Notes: generated from the letters alone by a model not told the origin. 64,000 nucleotides of DNA from Calditrichales bacterium (GCA_965267575.1 OZ254086.1:1600001-1664000), one strand, 5' to 3'. Numbered from the stretch's first letter, positions 19,565 through 30,006 are shown. Program-made: numbers and translations.

Positions 19565-20689
19565 TTACTTATAAAAGCCTTCCAGACAATCTAAAATGTA
19601 TTCTTTTTGTTCCGCTGTCAGCTCCGGATAAATAGGAATTGCAATGGTTTCATCCGCTGCTTTTTCCGCAACCGGAAACTCCCCCTTCTTATAGCCCAGA
19701 TACTTAAAGCATTGTTGATTATTGAACGTTACCGGGTAGTATACCTCACAGCCGACATTTTTTTCCTTTAGATATTGTAGCAGCTCATCCCTGCGTGGTA
19801 CACGTAATACATACTGATTGTAAATGTGCCGATAACCCGGCTTGCTGTAAGGCGTTGTTATTATGCCGTCCAGACCTCGTTCCTTAATACCGGCTGAATA
19901 GTATTCCGCATTTTTCTGACGGCCTTTTGTCCACTCATCCAGGTACTTTAGTTTTATGTCCAGCACCACGGCCTGCAAGGCATCCAGACGAAAATTTCCG
20001 CCTATCATGGCGTGATAGTATTTAGGGTTGGCGCCATGGTTGCGCAGGTAGGTCATTTTGTCAAAAAGCTCTTTGCTTTCTGTTGTTACCAGGCCGCCAT
20101 CGCCAAAGCCACCCAAATTTTTGCTGGGGAAGAAAGAGAAACAGCCAATCGTGCCAAATGTACCCGCTCTTTGGCCCTTGTTGTCTTCGGTGCCAATGGC
20201 CTGGGCCGCATCTTCAATAACGTGCAGATTGTGCTTTTCAGCGATCCGCATTATAGCTTCCATGTCCGCTAACTGCCCGTAGAGGTGAACAGGAATGATC
20301 GCCTTTGTTCTGGGTGTTATGGCGTCTTCAATTTTAGCAGGGTCTATGTTATAGGTGTCTGCTTTGATATCTACAAAAACGGGCTTTGCATTCAGCCGCG
20401 AAACACAGCCGGCCGTCGCAAAAAACGAATAAACCGGTACAATAACCTCATCATCCGGTTGAATATCGAGAGCCATCAGTGCCTGTAACAATGCATCGGT
20501 GCCCGAAGAAACGCCAAGGGCGTAAGTGCTGCCGCAATAGCCGGCAATGTTGCATTCGAATTCACCGACCCGTGGTCCCATAATAAAATACTGGGAATCC
20601 ATAACCTCTTTCACTGCTGGTTCGATCTCAGCGCGCAGCTTTTCATATTGCGCCTTTAGGTCTAACAGCGGTACTGTAATGTTATCCAT
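19565..20689 (-). CDS. DegT/DnrJ/EryC1/StrS sugar aminotransferase
   Basis: VSSGTDAL, IIPVHLYGQ, VIEDAAQAIG, SFFPSKNLGGFGDGG and NFRLDALQA motifs. Confidence 0.93.
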   Translation of the reverse strand: MDNITVPLLDLKAQYEKLRAEIEPAVKEVMDSQYFIMGPRVGEFECNIAGYCGSTYALGVSSGTDALLQALMALDIQPDDEVIVPVYSFFATAGCVSRLNAKPVFVDIKADTYNIDPAKIEDAITPRTKAIIPVHLYGQLADMEAIMRIAEKHNLHVIEDAAQAIGTEDNKGQRAGTFGTIGCFSFFPSKNLGGFGDGGLVTTESKELFDKMTYLRNHGANPKYYHAMIGGNFRLDALQAVVLDIKLKYLDEWTKGRQKNAEYYSAGIKERGLDGIITTPYSKPGYRHIYNQYVLRVPRRDELLQYLKEKNVGCEVYYPVTFNNQQCFKYLGYKKGEFPVAEKAADETIAIPIYPELTAEQKEYILDCLEGFYK

Positions 20690-20715
20690 GTGCTAAATAT
20701 CCTTATTTGTTAGAT

Positions 20716-21669
20716 TTATTTGCCCTTTTTTAATTCATGCAGAATATTAAGAAATATTCCTGCCAATTTATTGTATTTTCTTATTTCAAAATATGGTACC
20801 TGCCTGGCGCCAAATGAGCGGAAGAAACGTTCTATTGGTTCGATCATGCTACCCTCAAAGTCAAAAACTTTTCCGTTATCAAAAGCGAAGCGAATAGCCT
20901 CCCACATAATAAGTGAACCTGCACCACTTGATCTAAACTTACTGTCACTGCCTCCCATCAAATAGTACACAGTTGTTTTGTCCCAAACAAGATATATACC
21001 GGCGTGATAATTTCCCTGCGCATCTTTGGCCAACAGGATACGCCGTACATTTTCCTTTAGGCATGCGGCATCGAGATTTAAAAAATCCTCTTTGGAATAG
21101 GGCATCTCTTTGCCCTGGCGCGCGAACGTTTTTGAGTTTAACCTGTAAAACAATTCAGGATCGTCGGATTCGCTAATATACAGACTCTTGGAAGCTTTTT
21201 TTATCTGTCTGCGAATACTTTCCTTAACGTTTTGTAATGCCTCTTCCTCCTTTTGCGGTTCCAGCCTGTAGGTATACCTGGTTGTTTGCCGATACCCGGC
21301 CCAATACCAGGGCAGCCAATTTGTCACCGCGGGACTAAACGAGACATTGAATTTGTGAAAATCCGGTAATTCCGTCCTCAATTCCGTCGTAAGTTTTTGT
21401 TCGTAGCTTAGTCGATTATAATAGTTTTGCTCTTTGGGATATATTATAAGCGGTCCAAGATAGGGGGTAAACGGCGGTTTAACGATCGATCTGATCAGGC
21501 TCTTTTCTTTAAAGTTAACCGGAAAAAGAAGGCCAGGTTCGTTACCGTGATTTATAACTATTGCACGCCACTTTTCTCCGCAAACTGCATCCAACCACCA
21601 AGGTTGAAAAAAGATTGGAGCAGAATCCAGACTGGCGATTGTTTTTGCGTAAAGTTCTTTGCTATGCAT
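20716..21669 (-). CDS. FemAB-like GNAT family acyl/aminoacyl transferase
   Basis: FFQPWWLDAV, PFTPYLGP, TTRYTY and FDFEGSMIEPIERFFRSFGA motifs typical of glycan-locus GNATs. Confidence 0.78.
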   Translation of the reverse strand: MHSKELYAKTIASLDSAPIFFQPWWLDAVCGEKWRAIVINHGNEPGLLFPVNFKEKSLIRSIVKPPFTPYLGPLIIYPKEQNYYNRLSYEQKLTTELRTELPDFHKFNVSFSPAVTNWLPWYWAGYRQTTRYTYRLEPQKEEEALQNVKESIRRQIKKASKSLYISESDDPELFYRLNSKTFARQGKEMPYSKEDFLNLDAACLKENVRRILLAKDAQGNYHAGIYLVWDKTTVYYLMGGSDSKFRSSGAGSLIMWEAIRFAFDNGKVFDFEGSMIEPIERFFRSFGARQVPYFEIRKYNKLAGIFLNILHELKKGK

Positions 21670-22612
21670 AATAGTCTTGCATTTTTACCAAAGCATTTTC
21701 AAGCATCTGTTTTTCTTCAGTCTTTTTGTTTTTGATTTCCTTTTCGCCGATTAAAATTGGTTTGGCTGAATGACGCTTTATCGGTTGTATCCGCAAAATT
21801 CCCCAAACATTATTTATTTCTTTTTCCGGTCTTTCCTTAAAGTTTTCAAACCGGATTTCCGCATGATGCTTAAAGCGTGTTATATCGCGTTCAACATGTT
21901 TTTCAATCGCCAGTATTTGGCCGATAATCTGCTCAGGCCATGGTCTGTCTTGCAGGTCTTGATATTCCGGTGGAACTACCGACCACCATTTTTGCGGATC
22001 GTTATTTGCCTTAAGCCGCGCTTCACGGATAGAGAGCGCTGTGTCAATAATATTGCGTTTAATACGGATAATTTTAGCATCAGGCCAAACCTTTGCAATT
22101 GCTTGCAGTCGCAATGTAGTCATCAAATTTTTAAAGACTAGGGGCTGCTGATAGCGCAGGAAAGCCTGGCCAATAGCACAATTTAACGCATTTGCCAAAT
22201 CCGTTTCTATTTCCGTAATAAGGTTCGCGCTACCGGTACTGTTTTTTGGGAACCACTTGTACCAAAGTCTTCCGCTTTCGCTGGGTGCGTGTAATCCGCA
22301 TTGCTGCGTGTTGCCTAAATTACTTTTGTAGCAGTTATGCGGCTTGTCGTTAAAAAAAATTCTGCTTAAAGCCGATCCAATACGGGGATTACGATAAAAC
22401 ATATCAACCAGATTATCTACATAAATAACCTTATAAATATTTGTAATGTATTGATAAATCAATGTAGAGCCACTTCTGGGTGGTCCGACAAGAAATATAA
22501 TATTTTTCCCGTTGTCCGTTGTTTCCGGCTTTTTCAATAGCGCCTTTTCGATGACGCTTAAGAAAGGGCTGCCGTATTTTGCGAAAAGATGTAATGGATA
22601 TGAGATGTCCAC
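21662..22612 (-). CDS. PAPS-dependent sulfotransferase
   Basis: 5'-PSB loop FLVGPPRSGSTL and 3'-PB motif IIRIKRNIIDTALS. Confidence 0.85.
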   Translation of the reverse strand: MDISYPLHLFAKYGSPFLSVIEKALLKKPETTDNGKNIIFLVGPPRSGSTLIYQYITNIYKVIYVDNLVDMFYRNPRIGSALSRIFFNDKPHNCYKSNLGNTQQCGLHAPSESGRLWYKWFPKNSTGSANLITEIETDLANALNCAIGQAFLRYQQPLVFKNLMTTLRLQAIAKVWPDAKIIRIKRNIIDTALSIREARLKANNDPQKWWSVVPPEYQDLQDRPWPEQIIGQILAIEKHVERDITRFKHHAEIRFENFKERPEKEINNVWGILRIQPIKRHSAKPILIGEKEIKNKKTEEKQMLENALVKMQDYYA

Positions 22613-23890
22613 TTAGGTCGTTACTCCAAACTTGGCTCGTATATTTCTATTCAGCAAATAAAGAATCAACAAATAATAACCACCCGCTGTGACCGAAAAG
22701 GCGCTTAACATTAAAATTACGTTATCCTGAAATAGATACATAGCACCGAAGCGTACAGCAAGAGAAATCAGGGTTAGAATAAATAATGACTCCTGTTTAT
22801 CGATAACCGAAAATGTCTGACTAATGGGAGAGGCAATGAATTGTGCAAGCAGGAAAAATGTCATTATCTGCATATACAAAGCGCTTTGGCTCCATTCCGC
22901 CTCCAAAAGTATATCCACGGCCAAAGGTGCAAAAAGTAATATACCAATCGCTGGAAGCAGACCGACTTTACCTAGTTTTTTTATAGATGATATGAAGAAT
23001 GAATGCAATTTTTCCGCACTCTTGTTATAAGCGTCGCTTGCTGATTTAATATAAACCTGTGAAACAGAGCGACTAACCATGCGGAACGGTGTGGCGGCGA
23101 ATTTATTTGCCATCATATACAAACCAACCACTGCTTCATTAAAAAAAGCACTAAACATAAAAACAGGCAACTGCATGGCGAAGGTATTTACGAAAACGCT
23201 CGGGGTATTGATAAACGCGAATTTGCGATATTGCCAGTAAATTCGTCCCAGGTCATTAAACCAGCCAGACATGTTTTTTGGGCTGGTTCCCTTGAGGCCG
23301 AAGAAACAAACTGCGACGAATCCGCAAATTTGAGCAATTATCAGAAAAGTGGCGTTGCGCCCCCAAATGAGTCCAAGCGCCAATGCCGAAAGTTGTATCA
23401 ATAGAGCCTGTACAACTCGCAAGACAGAAAGCCGTGAAAATTTTTTATCCCGAATTAATATGTATTGGACAATCTGCCACAGACCCATAAAAAAAACACC
23501 CAGGATGACATAATAGAGGTAATCATAAAGCAATTCCGCGCTCAGCAGGCGAAAAACCTCATGTCCGAAAAATAAAAAGACCACACTGCACAGCAGAGTG
23601 AATAAGATCAGATTCAAAAAAGCCACAAGAGTGATTTTGTCTGCCTCTTCCTGGCTGGTAGGTATGACAATAGCCAGCTCATAGCGCAAAGATCCCACGA
23701 CGCTCAGGCTGGTGGCTGTTGATAAAAAAAGCTGAAGATTACCAAAGTCACTTTTTGTAAAAATGCGTGTTAGCACGGGCAGTGCTATTAATGTAATTAC
23801 CTGAGCCGCCAGTGAGCCGGTAAAAATATCCAGAACGTTCTTGTTAAATTCCGAGCCATACAGGCGCTTTTTTAAGCTTCTAAGATCCAT
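22613..23890 (-). CDS. wzx: Wzx-type oligosaccharide flippase
   Basis: AQVITLIALPVLTRIF..DFG, SLRYELAIV and VVGLYMMA motifs; about 12 TM segments. Confidence 0.85.
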   Translation of the reverse strand: MDLRSLKKRLYGSEFNKNVLDIFTGSLAAQVITLIALPVLTRIFTKSDFGNLQLFLSTATSLSVVGSLRYELAIVIPTSQEEADKITLVAFLNLILFTLLCSVVFLFFGHEVFRLLSAELLYDYLYYVILGVFFMGLWQIVQYILIRDKKFSRLSVLRVVQALLIQLSALALGLIWGRNATFLIIAQICGFVAVCFFGLKGTSPKNMSGWFNDLGRIYWQYRKFAFINTPSVFVNTFAMQLPVFMFSAFFNEAVVGLYMMANKFAATPFRMVSRSVSQVYIKSASDAYNKSAEKLHSFFISSIKKLGKVGLLPAIGILLFAPLAVDILLEAEWSQSALYMQIMTFFLLAQFIASPISQTFSVIDKQESLFILTLISLAVRFGAMYLFQDNVILMLSAFSVTAGGYYLLILYLLNRNIRAKFGVTT

Positions 23891-25283
23891 GAACCTGTCT
23901 GGAATCTTTGTCTGGAAAGTGTACTTTTTGATCCCGGCTCCGGATTTCCTTGAGAAATGCACCAGGCAAAATGGATTTGACGTTGCACTCCGTCAGCCGG
24001 GCCAGAATATCTTTATAGAGCTTTGTTACCCCGGGATATTCTTCTTCTTCAAAAAAGCTGTTATGCCACAAAAGCACGAAAAGACCTGAATATTTTTCAC
24101 AAATCTCTACCATGTTTTTAACGGCTTTATAGGCACCCCTTGCATCCAGATTCATATAATCGAAAAGCGTTCTGTCCATAAGGCACAACGGATATTCCCA
24201 AACGTCTATAATGCGCCCTTTTTCCAAATCGTAAGGCTTAAACGGCAGGCAGTAGCCGTTTCGCCAGCCGATCATATCCGCAAAGCCCCAGCTTGAGTCA
24301 TATTTAAGACCCACGCGTTCATGTATCCGCAGCGTATCGGGATATTTAAAGCTGAGCCAGTGCTGTCTGACGCCTTGTATCGATTGCGGCGCATAGCCGT
24401 CGAGCTCTTCGTAATTGGCTTGCAATATATGTCTGTTTTTGCGTGAGGCATATGTACTGTGCAAACCTATTTCATCCCCGGATTCGGTTATGAATTGCAT
24501 CAACTCGGTTATTCTTTTTTCGCTGAAGCGATATTTTGCGTCGATTTTCTTGTCTCCTGCCGGCAGGAAAAACCAGGTGGAGCGCAGATCATACTTTTTG
24601 CCCAGGCCTTTTAGCCAGCGAAAATTCCAGTAGCTATTATTTTTGCCTGTTATATAGTTATGCGCAGCTTCGAGAATGCCGGGCAGATGACGCGCTTTTT
24701 TCTCCTTTATCAAAGACAGAGTAGCCATTTTAATGCGGCCGATTGTCCATTTGTCAACGCGATCCACGTCGTGGGTTAGCATTACACCCATATCACAATC
24801 CTGCCAGAGGCTTCTTTTCCTGAAGGGGATTCCATGTATTTTACAAAATTTGAAGCATGCTTTTTCGAGGATAGAAAACCATTGGCTAACAACGGGATAA
24901 GCCATTTTGTAAAACCGGCTTTGTATACTGTCTGAAAATTTAAACCGCTTGAGACGATCGCCCTTGTAAGGAAGGGTTTCCTGGTATCCGGATAGCAGGT
25001 AAAAGGCGGCCTTAAAGATATCATGCTTAAATATAATGTTTCCCGATTTGTCAAATACGTACCACTCTTTTGATGGAGAACACGGGAAAAGAACCGGCGT
25101 GTCGTTAATGGTAAATTCCTTATCGGGTCCGCCGTTTGAAGGTGGCATAAAAATAGCGGGGCCGGATAAAGGTTTGTCGTCGCCATAACTTAAATGACGT
25201 GCCAGAGAGCTAATTTCAAAGTGATTCATGTGCAGGTGATAGAGAATGTATTCTACCTGATCGTTGTTTAGTGCCTGTTCCAT
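23880..25283 (-). CDS. Polysaccharide deacetylase-like protein (NodB/DUF7033-type)
   Basis: DIF.AAFYLLSGYQE, LTHDVD, EIGLHS, GVRQHWL, YDSS.GF and LLWHNS motifs; start overlaps the upstream GT4 stop (TGATG). Confidence 0.8.
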   Translation of the reverse strand: MEQALNNDQVEYILYHLHMNHFEISSLARHLSYGDDKPLSGPAIFMPPSNGGPDKEFTINDTPVLFPCSPSKEWYVFDKSGNIIFKHDIFKAAFYLLSGYQETLPYKGDRLKRFKFSDSIQSRFYKMAYPVVSQWFSILEKACFKFCKIHGIPFRKRSLWQDCDMGVMLTHDVDRVDKWTIGRIKMATLSLIKEKKARHLPGILEAAHNYITGKNNSYWNFRWLKGLGKKYDLRSTWFFLPAGDKKIDAKYRFSEKRITELMQFITESGDEIGLHSTYASRKNRHILQANYEELDGYAPQSIQGVRQHWLSFKYPDTLRIHERVGLKYDSSWGFADMIGWRNGYCLPFKPYDLEKGRIIDVWEYPLCLMDRTLFDYMNLDARGAYKAVKNMVEICEKYSGLFVLLWHNSFFEEEEYPGVTKLYKDILARLTECNVKSILPGAFLKEIRSRDQKVHFPDKDSRQVHGS

Positions 25284-26515
25284 CAGGTCAATCTCTTTTT
25301 GTAAAACTCGACCATTGGCTCGATTGTTTGATCCCAAAAAACGGGACTGTCCTTTAATAGCTTTTTAGATCCGGATTCAGCTGATTTCTTAAATTCCCCG
25401 TATTGCCCGTGAATTTTTTCTATCGCTTGGGAAACCGCTCCTTCCTCTACTTCCGTGACGGCCAGCCCCAAGCCGTTTTTTTCAACAAATTCCCTCATCA
25501 TGGTGGCGTTGCTGGTAACAATGGGCTTACCCATAGCCATATACTGGTACATTTTAGTGGCGATCGTATTGTTGATCTCTCTACTAACGGGGTGCGGGAT
25601 AAAAATGCAGATTTCTGAAGCCGCGATGTAGGAAGCCAGTTTATCAACCGTCAACCAACCAAGAAATTCAACGTGTCTTTCAACACCAAGCTCTTTGGCC
25701 AATTCCAGCGGATGTTTCATGCGTGCCGCAACTCTTCCGGCGACAACAAACCTGACATTGGGAATCTGTTTTCTAAGCCGTGGCAGGCTTTTAATAACAA
25801 CATCTACGCCCCGTAAAACATCGATGGCGCCCGCGTAAAAAATCATGAAATCGTTTTTATACTTCTCTACAATTTTAGCATCAATATTTTCAGGACTAAA
25901 CCAACGCCGGTGCGGCGTGTTGGGCACTGTAATTATTTTATTCGCGTTTATTCCCACTTCATATATATATAATTCTCTTAACTTGTCCGTCACGGTGATC
26001 ACAAGGTCAGCTTGATTAAGGTACTTTCTTTCGAACTTCTTCCAGTTGCCGAGATGTTTTACGATTTTGCCGAGAAGCGTATTGTAGTGAGCTGTGTTAA
26101 CGACCCAGTTGCTCCAGTATTCGTGCTGATCGCAGACGACTTTGAAGCCTGTTTCAGCAGCCAGCTTAATGACAATGTCCGTCATCGGCAGATCATGAAT
26201 ATGAACTACGTCCGGATGGCTTTCGGCGATAAACTTTTTTATTTGGCGCTTCCAGATGAAACGGTAAAAGGGAAGTACTAAATAGGCTGCCCCAAGCTTT
26301 TTTACGATCCAATAAGGAATGTGAAAACGATTGATTTTTATACCATAGTAGTTTTCTGACCTTTTGTAGTTCTTTGATTTTGAATAGCATAACAGATGGA
26401 CCTCGAAACCGTTTTCGATAAGGCTCAACGCTTCTTTCTCCGGCCGGTCATCCGGCGGGAAGTCCCGTTCCAGGATCATGCCCACGCGGGGATTTTTAAC
26501 TTTTTTCTTTGTCAT
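25283..26515 (-). CDS. GT4 family glycosyltransferase
   Basis: FPPDDRPEKEA, HIHDLP, YAG...RG and TKMYQYMAMGKPIV motifs. Confidence 0.88.
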   Translation of the reverse strand: MTKKKVKNPRVGMILERDFPPDDRPEKEALSLIENGFEVHLLCYSKSKNYKRSENYYGIKINRFHIPYWIVKKLGAAYLVLPFYRFIWKRQIKKFIAESHPDVVHIHDLPMTDIVIKLAAETGFKVVCDQHEYWSNWVVNTAHYNTLLGKIVKHLGNWKKFERKYLNQADLVITVTDKLRELYIYEVGINANKIITVPNTPHRRWFSPENIDAKIVEKYKNDFMIFYAGAIDVLRGVDVVIKSLPRLRKQIPNVRFVVAGRVAARMKHPLELAKELGVERHVEFLGWLTVDKLASYIAASEICIFIPHPVSREINNTIATKMYQYMAMGKPIVTSNATMMREFVEKNGLGLAVTEVEEGAVSQAIEKIHGQYGEFKKSAESGSKKLLKDSPVFWDQTIEPMVEFYKKRLT

Positions 26516-27038
26516 ATAAAACCAGATGTTCTTCGGCTGTTAAGCGTTGTTTCAGTTTTTCGTATTCGGCGCTGTTCAGCGTTAAAACGGAAATCTTGCG
26601 CTCAATCAGTTGCTCGGTTTTCCGTGTTACCCGTTCCACTTCCTGCATGTTGATATTGTCACCCACCAGTACCAGGTCGATCAGACCGCTGTCTTTACCG
26701 CTGGCATAATCGCCGCGCACAAAAGCAAAACGCAGGTCGCCGATGCGGTTGATAATATTATTGATCACGCTGGAAATGCCGGTGGATTTAAGCACAATAT
26801 TGCGGATATCCTCAAACAGCGGATGAGTGGTGTTGGCTTTGTAGATCTTTTGCCGGCCGTCGGTTTCGGCATGCAGCAGATGGGCTTCACTGAGTTTGTT
26901 CAACTCGACGCGGATGCCGTTTGTCGATTCGCCAAACTCCGTGGCCAGTTGACGCAGATAGCCGCGCGTGTCGGGATTAAGAAAAAACTTAAGCAGCAGC
27001 CGTATGCGTGTTTGCGATGTAATTATTGAATCGAGCAT
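26496..27038 (-). CDS. Winged-HTH plus degenerate nucleotidyltransferase regulator (polysaccharide-locus type)
   Basis: ITSQTRIRLLLKFFLNP..GYLRQLA.EFGESTNGIRVELNKL HTH; GDYASGKDSGLIDLVLVG NTase-like segment. Confidence 0.78.
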   Translation of the reverse strand: MLDSIITSQTRIRLLLKFFLNPDTRGYLRQLATEFGESTNGIRVELNKLSEAHLLHAETDGRQKIYKANTTHPLFEDIRNIVLKSTGISSVINNIINRIGDLRFAFVRGDYASGKDSGLIDLVLVGDNINMQEVERVTRKTEQLIERKISVLTLNSAEYEKLKQRLTAEEHLVLYDKEKS

Positions 27039-27046
27039 TTATCTTT

Positions 27047-27098
27047 TATGAGTAAAATAATTGCTCGTAAATGTACGGGTCAATCTGCTCTATGTCAA
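27047..27098 (-). promoter_or_regulatory. Sigma70-type promoter with a downstream inverted-repeat operator
   Basis: Minus strand TTGACA (27098-27093), 17 nt, TACATT (27075-27070), followed by imperfect palindrome TATGAGTAA-N5-TTGCTCGTA (27047-27069). Confidence 0.65.
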
Positions 27099-27136
27099 TA
27101 GTGAATTAGGGTTGGGATGCAGGAAATAAGAAAATG

Positions 27137-29011
27137 TCACTTTCCGATTGTGGCGTTATCGTAAAGCTCTTCCGCCCAGCGCAGTAAAAACTCCAGGCCG
27201 GCCAGTTTCAGGGCATGCTCGAGTTGGTGCAGCGAGCTGCCTTCATTGGCGCGCAAGTCATCCAGCCAGATATCAAAAGCGGGCTTTTCAATAATTGCTG
27301 ATAGTTTTTCGGGATTAGCCAGATAATCAGCTACGGGCGAATCGGCGAGCAGATGGCGGTATAGCGGCATGTAGTCCCAGGCTGCTTGGAGATGCGTCTT
27401 TACAGGAACGCCGGCCTTGTTTAGCAGCTTGTTGCGCATTCGGGCCGATTGCTTCCAGGCATAGCGCAGGTAGAAGGGGATAAAGGTAAGCGCATTCTTC
27501 GGCACCATGTTGATACCGCCGAAATCGGTTCTTTCCCGTGCCAGCTTCGGATCGATGGCGTACATGACGGCGCGTTGAAAATTGGACTTGTTCCAGCGCC
27601 ATTTGGGCGGCAAAGGCAGGCCGATCTCCAGGTTGCGGCGCAGCAGAAGCGGGGAAAATGAACGGTAAAGGGAATTAGCCACGCTGTTGGCGATTACCGC
27701 GTAGTTTTGCCAGCGCGTCAGCGAAAATTTGTCTATCTGCATGGAAACGGGCAGGTGCTCGTAACCGCTGATGCTGTCATTCAGCATGTCGAGAAAGTAA
27801 TCGGCGGAGTCCGCTTTCACCTTCATGAAGGTATCGTTGAAAAAAGAGTCGGGGTAGTTTTTGTTGAGCGGGCGCAGCTTCAAAAACATGGATGGATTGA
27901 TCTTACCTGGCTCGCGGTACAGGTTGAGCGTGTAAACTTCTTCCCAGAAGCAGTCTTTGTAAAAGGGGCCGCCCGCGCCGTTTATCAGGCTGTCGCCATA
28001 CTGCGCCTGCTGCTCGCGCATGTAGAGGATGCGTCCTAAGAGGTAGCCCGGCTCATCGCCGCTGCCCAGTAAAAGCGCCTTTTCAAACAGCCCCGCATAA
28101 CGCTCTCTAAAGTCATCTTTTAATTGTATGGTATGATGTTCGATGTTGTGACGCTTTACCAGCTCGCGTACTTTAGCCACTTCCACAAAATCATCTTTGC
28201 CGTAGGTGCTGGTGTTAAAGCCCAGGCCCTGGCTGCGGAAAGAGGCCACCAAAAGGCGCGAATCCTGGCCCAGTGTTAAATCCATGCAGGGATTCTGTGT
28301 CAGTTTGTTCAACAGCCGGGCTGTCTCGCGTGTCTGTTGCACCATAAGCTCCACGTTTTCACGGAAGCTTTTTGGCGTAACGGCATCCGGAAATTGCCAG
28401 TAGCTTTCGCGGACGATTTCCCGGTCAACCGTATAGACAGACGCCGGTTGTAAACGATCGACCCCTGTAAAAACCGTGCGCTCACTTAGCAGGTAATATC
28501 GCCAGAACAATTCGTTCAGGGCGTGCAGATCGGGTTGCGGTTTGATAAAGGCGCTGCAGGTGAGAGCAAAGGGCGTCACCATAAAAAGGCCGTCTTTTTC
28601 GGCGATATAGTTGATGCGGCTTTTGATGATGTCATTGCCGATGACGAAAATGTCTTTCTGCGCGTCATACAGCTTAATCACGTAATGGCCGTCGAGCTGG
28701 TCAAAAAGGGCCTTGCCTTTGCGCCGGTAAAGCTGCCACAATTCGGACGCGTTATAGACTTTGGTTTCGTTAAGTGCGAACACGCTGCCCTCAACCGCCA
28801 GCCAGCTACCGTCCTCCTCGCGGTGAAAAATATTGCCGTCCTCCTCGCGGCGCAGGATGGCCAGCCGCCCGCGGGTCACAGGCAAAAACTCCATCTGCAC
28901 GAAAAACGATCCGTAATTAGTGCGGAGAAACGCTTCCAGAGCGCGACACATTTGGTCAAAGCGGGCATGACTTCCGCCCTGCTTTTGTCCGAAAAGAATA
29001 ACCGCTGCCAT
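27137..29011 (-). CDS. Asparagine synthetase-like (AsnB fold) amidotransferase/ligase, atypical
   Basis: Ntn-like N-domain (LDGHYVI, RTVFTGVDRLQPA), PP-loop variant DLTLGQDSR, LINGAGG; no N-terminal Cys. Confidence 0.7.
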   Translation of the reverse strand: MAAVILFGQKQGGSHARFDQMCRALEAFLRTNYGSFFVQMEFLPVTRGRLAILRREEDGNIFHREEDGSWLAVEGSVFALNETKVYNASELWQLYRRKGKALFDQLDGHYVIKLYDAQKDIFVIGNDIIKSRINYIAEKDGLFMVTPFALTCSAFIKPQPDLHALNELFWRYYLLSERTVFTGVDRLQPASVYTVDREIVRESYWQFPDAVTPKSFRENVELMVQQTRETARLLNKLTQNPCMDLTLGQDSRLLVASFRSQGLGFNTSTYGKDDFVEVAKVRELVKRHNIEHHTIQLKDDFRERYAGLFEKALLLGSGDEPGYLLGRILYMREQQAQYGDSLINGAGGPFYKDCFWEEVYTLNLYREPGKINPSMFLKLRPLNKNYPDSFFNDTFMKVKADSADYFLDMLNDSISGYEHLPVSMQIDKFSLTRWQNYAVIANSVANSLYRSFSPLLLRRNLEIGLPLPPKWRWNKSNFQRAVMYAIDPKLARERTDFGGINMVPKNALTFIPFYLRYAWKQSARMRNKLLNKAGVPVKTHLQAAWDYMPLYRHLLADSPVADYLANPEKLSAIIEKPAFDIWLDDLRANEGSSLHQLEHALKLAGLEFLLRWAEELYDNATIGK

Positions 29012-30006
29012 TACAACCGACCTATCTTTTTTAACGCTTTGTATTTCACCGTGTACATACGCAGCGCGTTTACGATTGTATCCTGCGCGCGGAAAATATC
29101 GGCGTATTGTTTAAATACATCGATCCCCGTAAGGCGGTGCATCATGTCCAGCTGGTTTACATGCAGGCGTTGGTAGGCGATGGTAGCGGGATCAATCTCC
29201 GGGTGCCACGGCGCCAGGCACAGATTGTAGCGTGACCAGAAGCCAAGGTCATAGTGCGGCAACACTTTGGATACAGTCTCAACACCCTGATCAAAAAGGA
29301 CGCGCGCGGTTTTATCATCCGGGAAAACACGTACAAAATCATACAACCCGCACAGTGCGAAAATTTTGCCATTCAAAACCATGGTCGGCACCTTGGAGGT
29401 GTATTCTTCATAAAACGGCCCCCACTCCGTAAACGAGGTGACACCGCCTTCTGCCACCGGATGATGAAACGATTTCAAGGCATCTTTAGCCATTGTCGCG
29501 TATTTTTCCTCATTCGTCAGTTGAAATGCGCGCAGCAAAATGGACAGGCCGCGGCTTTGTGAAAAGGCCGATTGCCACGGTCCCGGATTTTTATACTGCG
29601 GCAGCGCCACATCGGTAAGCCAGCGCGCGCCAAGCGTTTCGTCGCGGTGGGCATTGCCATAAAACCAGTCGGCAAATTTCAAAAAACGTTTCTTGTCGCT
29701 ATCCGAATGGGTCTCCAACCAGGTGTGAAAAATGGCCAGCCCCATCTGCCCGATCGAGATGGGGAAATAGACAAACTCCTTGTCGGTCACATCGATGTAG
29801 GTGCGGTTGATAGGAATGCCGTTTGCATCAAACTTTTTGATCAGCGCCTGGTCCTTGCCGGTGGAGAGGCGCTGTTCGCGGAAGATAAAATAGTAATGCT
29901 TCAATTCCTGTCCGTGCAGATCCCGCGGGATCTCATATCGCACCTTCAGGCTTCTCCAGTCCTGGAGAAACTTGTCCAGCATAAACAGCTTTTTTTTCAA
30001 ACTCAT
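29011..30006 (-). CDS. D-glucuronyl C5-epimerase family protein
   Basis: PISIGQMGL, WQSAFSQSRGLS, FYEEY..VPTMVLNGKIFALCGLYD, YDLGFWSRYNL and YQRLHVNQL correspond to conserved GLCE motifs. Confidence 0.85.
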   Translation of the reverse strand: MSLKKKLFMLDKFLQDWRSLKVRYEIPRDLHGQELKHYYFIFREQRLSTGKDQALIKKFDANGIPINRTYIDVTDKEFVYFPISIGQMGLAIFHTWLETHSDSDKKRFLKFADWFYGNAHRDETLGARWLTDVALPQYKNPGPWQSAFSQSRGLSILLRAFQLTNEEKYATMAKDALKSFHHPVAEGGVTSFTEWGPFYEEYTSKVPTMVLNGKIFALCGLYDFVRVFPDDKTARVLFDQGVETVSKVLPHYDLGFWSRYNLCLAPWHPEIDPATIAYQRLHVNQLDMMHRLTGIDVFKQYADIFRAQDTIVNALRMYTVKYKALKKIGRL

